Part shown: positions 54,913 through 63,223 of the stretch, piece by piece
How positions within the stretch are numbered: position 1 is the stretch's first letter
Layout: each line of letters begins with the position of its first letter
Virus record (IMG/VR): IMGVR_UViG_3300027749_000063
Coordinates: 35,220-99,219 of that record
Reading direction: 5' to 3' (one strand)
Length of the DNA stretch: 64,000 nt
Origin: a virus
Notes under the pieces: model-generated
Seen by the model: only the letters and a program-made list of their open reading frames with translations
What the model was told of the DNA's origin: nothing
The model's database searches: none
Made by a program: the position numbers and the translations under genes

Positions 54913-55167
54913 TTAGTTTTGTTTTTGTTTTTCTAATTCTTCTAATAGTAAAAATGCCAGTTCTTCGTCCTCTGCAATTTGATTTAAATCTTTCTTTTCT
55001 AGATAACCGTCTAGAATCTTAATAAAGTGGGCATTCTTTGCCTTAGCTTCATTAATCGCTTTCTTTAAATCAGGATTAACAAACTCACGAATGAACTGGT
55101 ACTGTGTGTTTAATGCTCTCGCTAGGAGATAAGTTCTTCTTACCTCCTTAATTTCTTCATCTTTCAT
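54913..55167 (-). CDS. Hypothetical helical protein
   Basis: Start overlaps the polymerase stop (TAATG). Confidence 0.6.
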   Translation of the reverse strand: MKDEEIKEVRRTYLLARALNTQYQFIREFVNPDLKKAINEAKAKNAHFIKILDGYLEKKDLNQIAEDEELAFLLLEELEKQKQN

Positions 55168-57137
55168 TATTTACTCCAATAAGGCGATATACAAGGATCT
55201 GCTTTAAGTAATACTCTTGTACAAAACTTAGCTCCTGAATCTACCATTGATTTTTCTAATTGTGCAGCAACCTGTTGCGCAATTGTTTCTGGTGTTTCTA
55301 CCAGAATCTCGTCATGAATTACGTTAACAATCTTAACTTTAAATAAAAGATCATTAGGTACTAGATACCTTGACCAAAAGTAAACACATGCTAGTTTAGT
55401 TATCTCTGCAGATTCTCCTTGTATTCCATAGTTAAGGGACATTCTTTCTATGTCTCCCCTTTTGCTAAAGAATTTAGAAACTTTCTCTTTCATAGCAACT
55501 GCTGTAGGAGTGTTTGAATTCTTGATCTTTTTATATCTTTCCCAGAAGTCTTTATCTAGTTCGTTTTTAACTTGTAAAAACTCATCGTAATAATCTACGT
55601 AGGATCTCTTGCCTGTAACAGGAGAAATTAATACATAACCATTCTCAATTCCGAACTTCTTAGTTTCGTCAAAGTATGCTTTAAGCCCAGGAAATGCTAG
55701 AAAATAGGATTCATAAATTTTATTGCCTTGTTCTACGCTTAGTCCTAATTGTTCTGCTATACCTATTCCTGACCCTCCATAGTTAATTGCAAAGCCAGCT
55801 ACCTTAGCAGCCTGTCTTTTCTCTTTGTGTTTCTTTTTAATCTCGTTTAAATCCATTCCATCCAACTCTTCATACATCTTAGAGGCAATAAAAGCGTGCA
55901 TGTCACCCAAATCTTTATCATAGAACTCAAGTAAGTTATCATCCAAACATTTATTTACTAGTACAATCTGTTCTTGACCTGTATAGTCACAGCCTACTAG
56001 GATGTTTCCTTCTTCTGCTACAAAACAACTACGTGTTTCTTCATCTGAGGGAATGTTTTGGAAGTTAAAGTTCTTGGTTGTTCCTGACTTACCTCCACTA
56101 GATAAGCGACCTGTGTTCATTAACTGTTTGAATTGAGTGTGTATTCTACCGCTTATAGGGTTGATTTGCTCAATCCAGTTATAACCATAGGTGCCTATGT
56201 CTTTTTGGGCTTCTTTAAACGAAAGATAAATCTTAATGATAGGGTATTTGTCTTGAAACTTTACTAAATGGTTTGCTTCTATTGTATGCTTCTTAACTCC
56301 TTTGTCAATTACAGTAGTATTTACTCCTATAGTCTCAAAGAACTGCACTACCTGAGAAGGTGAGTTCCAATTAATCTTGACTTTGTTTCCTCCAGAGAAT
56401 AAATCTAACTGATAGTTAATAAACTTATTCATCTCGTTAGTAAAGATAAACTCATTTAATCTTCTAGTAGCTTCATCTGCTTGAGTTTGTACTTTGTGAA
56501 TCTTGTTAGTCCACTTATCTACGTCTAGCTTCATACCACAATACTCTATGTAAGCTAAAACTAAAACAAAGCGATTATCTAACTCGATTGATACTTTGGA
56601 TCCTGCAGCAAATAGAATTACTTCTTGAGCATCTTTAATAGCATGTAGGTATTTTACGTCATAAGCAGAATACTTTACAAAGCCTTCTGTTAGGTTGCCT
56701 GTAATGTGTTTCCTTTCTTCCTTGTCTAATATAACTCCACAATGTAGTTTTACACAAGCAGCTAAAGAACACCTATGACTTTCTATACCCAAACGAGATG
56801 TTTTTTCGCCTAAAAAGGTATCGTATACCTTAGTTGGTACAATTCTCTGATGATATAAGAACTTTAAATCAAACTTTAAGTTATGACCTATGACTCCTTG
56901 AGTCTCTAAGAGCTGTTTGTAGTCATTGATATCAATCGTAGTCAAGTCAACTACAAACTGATTGTCATTGTCACCTAGCTGAAGCGTGTATAGTTTACAG
57001 GTATATGCATCAAACCCTGAGGTTTCTGTATCTATAGCAACCCATTCTAGGTCTTTAAGGTAATCTAAAGATTCTTGTACTGTGCAGAGAGTTATATCAG
57101 GTAGGGAAATGTTTTGTTTTGTTACTAGATAAATCAT
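55167..57137 (-). CDS. polA: Family A DNA polymerase with 3'-5' exonuclease
   Basis: ExoI DTETSG, ExoII GHNLKFD, ExoIII YSAYDV; TGRLSS, motif A CDYTGQE, motif B RQAAKVAGFAINYG, motif C IHDE. Confidence 0.95.
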   Translation of the reverse strand: MIYLVTKQNISLPDITLCTVQESLDYLKDLEWVAIDTETSGFDAYTCKLYTLQLGDNDNQFVVDLTTIDINDYKQLLETQGVIGHNLKFDLKFLYHQRIVPTKVYDTFLGEKTSRLGIESHRCSLAACVKLHCGVILDKEERKHITGNLTEGFVKYSAYDVKYLHAIKDAQEVILFAAGSKVSIELDNRFVLVLAYIEYCGMKLDVDKWTNKIHKVQTQADEATRRLNEFIFTNEMNKFINYQLDLFSGGNKVKINWNSPSQVVQFFETIGVNTTVIDKGVKKHTIEANHLVKFQDKYPIIKIYLSFKEAQKDIGTYGYNWIEQINPISGRIHTQFKQLMNTGRLSSGGKSGTTKNFNFQNIPSDEETRSCFVAEEGNILVGCDYTGQEQIVLVNKCLDDNLLEFYDKDLGDMHAFIASKMYEELDGMDLNEIKKKHKEKRQAAKVAGFAINYGGSGIGIAEQLGLSVEQGNKIYESYFLAFPGLKAYFDETKKFGIENGYVLISPVTGKRSYVDYYDEFLQVKNELDKDFWERYKKIKNSNTPTAVAMKEKVSKFFSKRGDIERMSLNYGIQGESAEITKLACVYFWSRYLVPNDLLFKVKIVNVIHDEILVETPETIAQQVAAQLEKSMVDSGAKFCTRVLLKADPCISPYWSK

Positions 57138-57781
57138 TTTAATAAGGGTTCCACTATCTTGTTATAATCCTTCAGTGCTTGGTGTAACTTTTGATACTTC
57201 TGATCTTGGCTATAGTTTCCTTGTTCGATATCTGTAAGGCAAGTTCTATAAACGTCATAGATAAGTTTTCTATCGTAGTTACTTAATTTTAATATTTTGT
57301 TAGAAAGCTGTAGCATGTCTTCAGTAGTATCAGTTCCCCATATCTTGTTTAAAGACTTACCTAAGTTCCACACGTGGTGAGGAGTATACATATTACATTT
57401 TAAACATAATGGGGCTAAATTACTTAAGTGGTAACGAGTAGCAACCTTAGTTCTGCCTACAAAGTGTCCACACTGTAAACCTTTAGGATCTAGTGTGATT
57501 TCACAAGCATGGCATTTATTAATATTTGCTCCTCTAACTAACCAAGAAGTTATCTGGTCTAGTTTACTTTGACTGATAGTTTCTTTCTCTAACTTACGTT
57601 TAATCTCTTTACGAACTTTCTGCTTTTCTTTCTTCTCCTTCATTACACACGTAGCACATAACCTCTTTGTTTTGTTGGCTATGGCTTTTACCTTCCCACA
57701 GTCTGAACAAGGCTTTTGAATTTCCTTAGGTTCAGGTATTCCTTTAACTGGAATCTTTTTTGTTGCTGTTCTCTTTAACAT
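57134..57781 (-). CDS. NinG/Rap-like HNH nuclease with an N-terminal Zn finger
   Basis: CSDC...CATC and CHAC...QCGHFVGR...TRY...N....CLKCN; start moved to the ATG at 57781 because the TTG at 57790 lies inside the promoter element. Confidence 0.75.
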   Translation of the reverse strand: MLKRTATKKIPVKGIPEPKEIQKPCSDCGKVKAIANKTKRLCATCVMKEKKEKQKVRKEIKRKLEKETISQSKLDQITSWLVRGANINKCHACEITLDPKGLQCGHFVGRTKVATRYHLSNLAPLCLKCNMYTPHHVWNLGKSLNKIWGTDTTEDMLQLSNKILKLSNYDRKLIYDVYRTCLTDIEQGNYSQDQKYQKLHQALKDYNKIVEPLLK

Positions 57782-57787
57782 ATTATA

Positions 57788-57795
57788 CAAATATA
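57788..57795 (-). promoter_or_regulatory. -7 promoter element TATATTTG
   Basis: CAAATATA on +, 6 nt before the ATG at 57781, just after a terminator. Confidence 0.7.
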
Positions 57796-57797
57796 AT

Positions 57798-57824
57798 AAA
57801 GAAAAGGGGATCTTGTGACCCCCT
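57798..57824 (-). terminator. Probable intrinsic terminator
   Basis: GGGG-a-TC-ttgt-GA-CCCC stem with an A-rich left flank on +. Confidence 0.6.
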
Positions 57825-57850
57825 AATCTTATTTGGCATGCAAGAGACAG

Positions 57851-58699
57851 TTACAAAGATAACTCAGGTGTGTAGAGAGGGGTGTAGGTTTCAGAAATTA
57901 ATTCTAAGCCTCTGTTGTTAATGTTGTAGGCAGTTCCGTGAATTAGAGACTCACGCTTAGCTTCAATACTCTTGTGTCCCATCATATAGTTAGTGAAACG
58001 AGTAGTAGCGTTAAACAAAGCGTAAGCTGTGTTTTCGTGTGTTTCATATTCGGTAGTTAAAGCTGTTCTAAAGTCGTTAATACGATTTTTACCCCTAGAT
58101 GCTTCACCGTCTCCTCCTATAATGTTAATGATAAATTCATCTGTAACTGCTTCAGGGATGTAAATCTTACTAAGTTCTACTAGCTTTTCGATAAACTGTT
58201 CTTCTTGTGTAAGAGAGTTTTGCAACTGAGAGATAATAAGACCTAAACGCTCATGAGAATTCTTAGTATGTCTTACACGTTGAGAGTCTCTAAGAGCCAT
58301 ATAAAAAGTATTAGAGCATACTACAGTTACGTTAGTTGTTCCAAAGCCCATAGGAGCACTACCATCATGTGAAGTAAGAGCTGTTAGGAATCTTTTGTTA
58401 AAGGATCCTCCAATCTGTACATCTGTTAAAGGAAACTGATAATAGACCTTTTGTCCATTCCCCAGAAACCCACCTCTTTCCCCAGAAATATTAACTCTGG
58501 CAGCAGCTTCTAAAAGCATATCAAGGATTTCTTCATTCTGAGTAGGAACATATTTCGATCCTACTACACCAAGACAATTATTGTTGTCTTCACGGAATAC
58601 CCCGTAAGCAGGAGTAATTTCTCCATCAGGACCAAACAAAGGTTTCTTTGTTACAGTCCAATTCGTTCTAGATGATTCTAGCAATTGTTGTTTATTCAT
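57851..58699 (-). CDS. DUF932-family protein
   Basis: NWTVTK...R.D....LGVVG.KY.P.QN, TSHDGS, VVCSNT, VRHT and ALFNA.T motifs. Confidence 0.8.
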   Translation of the reverse strand: MNKQQLLESSRTNWTVTKKPLFGPDGEITPAYGVFREDNNNCLGVVGSKYVPTQNEEILDMLLEAAARVNISGERGGFLGNGQKVYYQFPLTDVQIGGSFNKRFLTALTSHDGSAPMGFGTTNVTVVCSNTFYMALRDSQRVRHTKNSHERLGLIISQLQNSLTQEEQFIEKLVELSKIYIPEAVTDEFIINIIGGDGEASRGKNRINDFRTALTTEYETHENTAYALFNATTRFTNYMMGHKSIEAKRESLIHGTAYNINNRGLELISETYTPLYTPELSL

Positions 58700-58893
58700 G
58701 GTTTTATTTTTTTAATGTTTTCGATAAAGTCTATTAATTCGTCTAATTCTTTAATTCTTCCTTGGATCTCACAGTACTCATACTCACTGCTTTGCTCCAT
58801 TTCTTTTATTATTTTAGTTCTATTAGATAGATACTCTACTAATTTTCCTTTTAATTCTAAATGTCCTAAGGACTCATAGTCTTGCCAATTCAT
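58696..58893 (-). CDS. Small coiled-coil hypothetical protein
   Basis: IQGRIKELDEL; tiles the operon. Confidence 0.55.
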   Translation of the reverse strand: MNWQDYESLGHLELKGKLVEYLSNRTKIIKEMEQSSEYEYCEIQGRIKELDELIDFIENIKKIKP

Positions 58894-58902
58894 TTCTTTG
58901 TT

Positions 58903-59403
58903 TTATTTTAAGTTTTCTAGCCAGTCTATATCGTCTGGATTACTGGCCATTAGTATTTGGTTAATTCTTTTAAAGTGATCACACTCCCAAACTCCACCTT
59001 TGTATACAGCAGAAACAGGATGTGATGCTACTAGTACGTGGTGTACATCATCGTTGATAAGGGGAGCAAACTTTAAAGCGTCCTTTCCCCAAAAACAGAA
59101 TATAAGTCCTGTAGTACTCTCGTTTAGTGTTTTGAATACAGCTTCTGTAAACTGTTTCCAAGGCTCTAGATGAGAACCTGACTTACCTTCTTCGATAGTC
59201 AAAGCAGCATTTAGCATAAGAACTCCTTGCTTAGCCCATGATTCTATATTCATATCAGTGGGGAAGCTTAGTTCATCAGGATAAATGTCTTCTTTGATTC
59301 GTTTGTAGATCATTCTTAAAGACGGAGTCACATAAGTTTTTTTTCTAGGAGAGAAAGCTAATCCATGAGCAATAGGTTCCCCTACATTTCTACCTGGATA
59401 AGG
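58903..59403 (-). CDS. ung: Uracil-DNA glycosylase (family 1), exon 2
   Basis: Begins CCT TAT (PY); AHGLAFS, PSL..IY, GVLMLNAALT, SH...W, FWGKDA and HP motifs. Confidence 0.9.
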   Translation of the reverse strand, partial: PYPGRNVGEPIAHGLAFSPRKKTYVTPSLRMIYKRIKEDIYPDELSFPTDMNIESWAKQGVLMLNAALTIEEGKSGSHLEPWKQFTEAVFKTLNESTTGLIFCFWGKDALKFAPLINDDVHHVLVASHPVSAVYKGGVWECDHFKRINQILMASNPDDIDWLENLK

Positions 59404-59458
59404 CATATTGTTATCGTATAGGCTCTTTATCCTATACATCTATACATTACTGCATAGT

Positions 59459-60454
59459 TCAGACTATATCATCAACAGACTTAAGTCCTCCAGAAACTAT
59501 ACCACCAGGATAGATGGTAAGTCCTCTAGACTTAATATTTATTGTCTGTTGCAGGGTGCTCGTGTCAACATTACTGTCCTCAGCATTATCTGTTTGGACT
59601 CGGTTGTTAGTCGTTGAACCTTCAAAGACATTTCTATCTAAGCTCGGCTGCTGATTGTCCTTGTTAGGATGTTCCAGCAATTCTCCCTGTTTTACATGGA
59701 CCCTATTTGCATAAGGAATTAATTTGTACTTTAAACTTGGAATAACATATGGAGTTACTAGGGAAAGGAATCTTTCTCTAGACTCTGCTACTATATAGAT
59801 TTCATTCATTGCATTCTTGTTTGTATTAATATCAAAGTTTTCCTTTAATATTATTTGCAATATTGCAATTTCTTCATCTAAAAAACTACAACTACTAATT
59901 TGGAAAGAGTTTTTAGTTGCAAACCCATCATCCATAAACCATACAGCAAGGCCAAATGCATCTAAATCCTTTAGAAAATCATAGTTGATACTTTTTTTAG
60001 GAGTATACTGACTACAATAACTGTTGAATATAGTATTTGCCTCTGTACTTAATATGTTGTTAGTATAAAATCCTTTTTTAACTCTTACATCTTTTGAAGT
60101 ACAGTTTCGTATACTTGTAATTATGTCTTTTGAGTGTAAGAAATTTAACTTCCACATATTGTAGTCTGTTTGTTTTTCTCCGTGACCAATTACTAATCTA
60201 GCGTTTTTACTTTGTTTCGCACTCATAGCAAAACAACCATCTCCTAAAAAACTGCCTAACAAAAACTGTCGTAACTCAAAGTCAACCTTTATATATCTAG
60301 TCTTATTTGCCTTGATTTTATAACGACTTGATAGTTTTTGTATGTGTTGTGGGGTAGTACTTAGGATTTTTGATATTTCTAGGTTAGTAAGTCCTTTTGA
60401 GTTTAGTTCTGTTATTTTTTGTTTCCAAGTAGTGTTTGTTGGTAGAGTTCCCAT
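59459..60454 (-). CDS. Intron-encoded double-motif LAGLIDADG homing endonuclease with an N-terminal HTH
   Basis: FLLGSFLGDG and GLAVWFMDDG motifs; N-terminal GLTNLEISKIL HTH-like segment; the C-terminal ~80 codons are the translated ribozyme core. Confidence 0.9.
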   Translation of the reverse strand: MGTLPTNTTWKQKITELNSKGLTNLEISKILSTTPQHIQKLSSRYKIKANKTRYIKVDFELRQFLLGSFLGDGCFAMSAKQSKNARLVIGHGEKQTDYNMWKLNFLHSKDIITSIRNCTSKDVRVKKGFYTNNILSTEANTIFNSYCSQYTPKKSINYDFLKDLDAFGLAVWFMDDGFATKNSFQISSCSFLDEEIAILQIILKENFDINTNKNAMNEIYIVAESRERFLSLVTPYVIPSLKYKLIPYANRVHVKQGELLEHPNKDNQQPSLDRNVFEGSTTNNRVQTDNAEDSNVDTSTLQQTINIKSRGLTIYPGGIVSGGLKSVDDIV

Positions 60455-60459
60455 ACCTA

Positions 60460-60489
60460 CAAATATAACACAAATTAATTTTTATGCAA
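60460..60489 (-). promoter_or_regulatory. Intron-internal Bacteroidota-type promoter for the endonuclease
   Basis: On -: TTG (60489-60487), 19 nt, TATATTTG (60467-60460), then the ATG 5 nt later. Confidence 0.8.
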
Positions 60490-60498
60490 GTTTTATCA

Positions 60499-60699
60499 AT
60501 CCATTCCTAAGATAACAACCCTTACTTTCTGAAAAGGAGTTAAGTTAAAAGCCTTAAAGACTTCATCCTTGTAAGGAAAGATAGTTTTAGTCTTTCTCTC
60601 ATTAGCAATGAATCTTCCTAAGGTATTAAAGTAAGGACTTTCTATTGTGTCTTTTAAGTGATGATACCAATCGTCTGGAATATCAATTAATTTTTGCAT
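60499..60699 (-). CDS. ung: Uracil-DNA glycosylase (family 1), exon 1
   Basis: W...L......YF..L..F...ER....IFP....VFKAF..TP...VRVVILGMD; the spliced product would be 233 aa. Confidence 0.9.
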
Positions 60700-61297
60700 C
60701 TTTATTGATTAGCTTACTTCTTTTGAGCGGAGTCCTTCTAACAATAATATTAGGATTAAGAGTAGTACTCATAAGTCCTGGATACGTTTCTTCCATCATG
60801 TTTATGATTTGATTGTATCTTGTTTTGTAACTTTTAATAGAACTAGAAAAGTTTAAATGTTGTTTCATAGAATGTATAATCGTAGAGTGATCTCTTCCTA
60901 ACAAAGTACCTACCTTCTTGTAAGTATAGTTAAAGTGTATTAAGAGTACAGCTGCAAAATGAAACCTTGCTTCTGTTAGCTCACGTTTACGGCTATTTAT
61001 TGTAAAATCCTTTACAGTCATTGCATTTATATCACAAACAATATGCATTACTCCCAACTCAAACTCTGAAAACTTATCTAAATTTACTTTAAGTTCGTGT
61101 GCTTTTATCATTGCCAACTTGCGTTTTAATCTTAGCTCTTCTGGATTAATGTTATTTATTACTTTACTATAATACTGTTTGTTTTTAGTTTTCTTTAAAA
61201 CTAATAACATAATATTATATCGTACTAGTGCTTCTACTTCTAACTTGTCAAAAGCAATTTCTAAAGCTTCGTTTATAATATCTTTAATTCTTGGCAT
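60683..61297 (-). CDS. Protein with a DnaA C-terminal (domain IV) HTH
   Basis: SRKRELTEAR...YKKVGTLLGRDHSTIIHS matches the DnaA domain IV signature; no AAA+ domain. Confidence 0.8.
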   Translation of the reverse strand: MPRIKDIINEALEIAFDKLEVEALVRYNIMLLVLKKTKNKQYYSKVINNINPEELRLKRKLAMIKAHELKVNLDKFSEFELGVMHIVCDINAMTVKDFTINSRKRELTEARFHFAAVLLIHFNYTYKKVGTLLGRDHSTIIHSMKQHLNFSSSIKSYKTRYNQIINMMEETYPGLMSTTLNPNIIVRRTPLKRSKLINKDAKIN

Positions 61298-62262
61298 ATC
61301 TTTATTAATTTTTCTCTTCCGTGGTTCTTGTAAATGTCACTTATGTCTTTTCCTAAACTCCCGTGGTGGTATAGTACAGGAATGCCATACGTTTCTGAAA
61401 TCTTCTTTGCTCCTTCTTCTCCTGTTCTATCAGCGTCAAACCATACATACATATTATCAAATCTTGCTTTAAGTAACTCGTAAGCATTCTCTGATATAGG
61501 TGTAGTTTCGCTTCTAACAGCAACAGCATTCACTCCAATAGAGTGTAAGGTCATAACATCTTTAGTTCCCTTAGTAATGATTAGAATAGTTCCCTTGTGT
61601 GGTAGCTGAGTATAACCCTCTAGCATACCTCCAAAGAAATTAGTTCTGAATTTAACTTTCTTCTCTGCATAGGGACGATATAGTTTAAACTTATCTTTTT
61701 CCTTATACCGATAACAGGGGTCAAATGTATTACTAATGTACCAGATGTTATCTGCTATCCAAGCTTTGTCTACTTTTCTTACGTCATAGAACTTAAGAAT
61801 CTTTTCTGTTACTCCAAATTGAAGCCAGTACTCTAAGTCTTTCTGTGTAAATTTTGTAACTGTAACTTTGATGGATGCAGGCTTTACCTCTGCTGGCTTA
61901 GCACTTTTAAGAGTGGATACTTCCATCTCTAGTCTAAGTCTATCTTCTAAACTAAAGTTCTTAAGTTGGAAATCTGATTCTATTTTATATAAAATGTCTG
62001 GATACTCGTAGTTAGTACGCATTTGAGCTATGTCAATTGCATTGTAGTGTACTTTCTCCGTAGCATAATCTACAAAATACAGATTACCTCCTTGACTCCA
62101 CCTAAAGAAACAGGTAGCATGCTTGTCAGATCTGAATGGATTCTTATATTTATTTCTCAAGTCTATTTTCTCACCGAAGTAAAAAGACATTAGGTTTTCT
62201 TGCCCTAGTAAAGCGTATAACGTCTTTACATTAGGTCTTATTTCAATGCTTGAGAGATCCAT
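61273..62262 (-). CDS. DNA primase (crAss-type TOPRIM)
   Basis: NPFRSDKHATC N-terminus; IITKGTKDVM, SET, WFDADRTG and KDISD TOPRIM motifs. Confidence 0.85.
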   Translation of the reverse strand: MDLSSIEIRPNVKTLYALLGQENLMSFYFGEKIDLRNKYKNPFRSDKHATCFFRWSQGGNLYFVDYATEKVHYNAIDIAQMRTNYEYPDILYKIESDFQLKNFSLEDRLRLEMEVSTLKSAKPAEVKPASIKVTVTKFTQKDLEYWLQFGVTEKILKFYDVRKVDKAWIADNIWYISNTFDPCYRYKEKDKFKLYRPYAEKKVKFRTNFFGGMLEGYTQLPHKGTILIITKGTKDVMTLHSIGVNAVAVRSETTPISENAYELLKARFDNMYVWFDADRTGEEGAKKISETYGIPVLYHHGSLGKDISDIYKNHGREKLIKICQELKIL

Positions 62263-62289
62263 AAGTGTTGTTTTTAACCCTCCTTCAAT

Positions 62290-62320
62290 AAAAAAGGGGT
62301 CACAAAAGTAACCCCTTTTC
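62290..62320 (-). terminator. Intrinsic terminator, possibly bidirectional
   Basis: AAAAGGGGT...ACCCCTTTT stem with A/T runs on both sides. Confidence 0.75.
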
Positions 62321-62348
62321 TAAAAAAGAGAACAGATTACTTTTAATT

Positions 62349-63194
62349 TTAGAAGATATCGTTGATATCTGTGCTAACAGGACTAGTTGCTACTTCACTA
62401 TTATCCCAACTCATCATAGGTTCTGACTCTTTGAAAGGAGTTTCAGTTTCGTTTGCGTCAGGAGCATTATTCTCAGTGTATTCTTTGAAAGTAAAACTTC
62501 CGTAGAAACTCTTAAAGCCATACTCACCAGTAATTTGCTTAGATACATACTCGGTAATTTTACCTTGTACGTTAACAAATATCTTAGTGCATACGTCTTG
62601 ATATTTTTCGTCTTTAATTCCTAGAAGAACTTTAACACCCATGTTGGCTTTATTGAAGTGAGCAAAGAAGTCTACTAACTCATTGCCTTTACCTTTAGCA
62701 ATAGAAGCCCAGTTGTCAAGAACAAAAGGCTTTTCCTTTGGAGAGATGTTACCATAAGCCTTAAGTAAAGAATAAACTGTTTCTTCACCGCCCTTAGCTT
62801 CACGAACACTCTTCATATCTAAACTACGAGAAGGGTCAATAGATGCTTGATACTCACTTAAAGTAGCAAGATTCTCAGCCCACGCAGTCTTAGTGTAGTT
62901 GTCAATGAATTGTTTCTTGCCTGCTTGAGACATACGGGTGTCATTGTTTACCCACAAAGTAAACTTACCACGCAAATCTGTTTTAAAGTCTGGGTGATTT
63001 ACATACCAGAAGTCTAAACGCATTCCGTTCTCTGACTCATAAGTAGGTTCTTTAACTTTGTCCTCTTCAATACCTAGGATTTTTGCAAGTTCTTTAGCTG
63101 TAGGGTTAACACTTACAACTTGGATAGGAGCAAATCCTGTGTACATTTTCTTGCCTGATGAAGGCTCTCTGGTTTCTAATTGATCGAATTTCAT
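62349..63194 (-). CDS. crAss-like replication protein, putative ssDNA-binding
   Basis: YTG.....V.SVNPT..EL, RLDFW and GKKQFID motifs; acidic tail ending DINDIF; sits between the ATPase and primase. Confidence 0.55.
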   Translation of the reverse strand: MKFDQLETREPSSGKKMYTGFAPIQVVSVNPTAKELAKILGIEEDKVKEPTYESENGMRLDFWYVNHPDFKTDLRGKFTLWVNNDTRMSQAGKKQFIDNYTKTAWAENLATLSEYQASIDPSRSLDMKSVREAKGGEETVYSLLKAYGNISPKEKPFVLDNWASIAKGKGNELVDFFAHFNKANMGVKVLLGIKDEKYQDVCTKIFVNVQGKITEYVSKQITGEYGFKSFYGSFTFKEYTENNAPDANETETPFKESEPMMSWDNSEVATSPVSTDINDIF

Positions 63195-63223
63195 AATTTT
63201 CTAATTTGATTTTGTTTTATTTT

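Larger units (their letters stand above)
59404..60498 (-). mobile_element. Group I (IA-like) self-splicing intron, 1095 nt, in ung
   Basis: The 5' exon ends in U and the intron ends in G; splicing restores GMDPY in frame. P AAUUGCUGGAA (~59672-59682), Q AAUCAGCAG (~59648-59656), R UUCAACGACUA (59608-59618), S GAUAUAGUC (~59462-59470), P3 CAGGG/CCCUG, IGS GUCCAU (59696-59701). Confidence 0.93.

Noticed and set aside
53306-57137. Modified-base (dZ or 7-deazaguanine) genome system suggested by the DUF5664-like gene plus PolA
   Set aside because: No PurZ, DatZ, Que/Fol or DpdA-like gene is recognisable in this window, and the domain is common on its own; the rest of the genome cannot be judged.
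59404-59439. N-terminus MYRIKSLYDNNM of track ORF 58903..59439
   Set aside because: This is intron 3' sequence that happens to be in frame; UNG similarity begins at PY (59403).
59459-60454. Intein
   Set aside because: The LAGLIDADG ORF has its own start and stop, is not fused in frame to the UNG exons, and lacks Cys/Ser...His-Asn splice motifs.
60496-60498. TGA readthrough, frameshift or pseudogene as the explanation for the split ung
   Set aside because: The TGA is the first three nucleotides of the intron; splice-site rules and a full ribozyme core explain the split.
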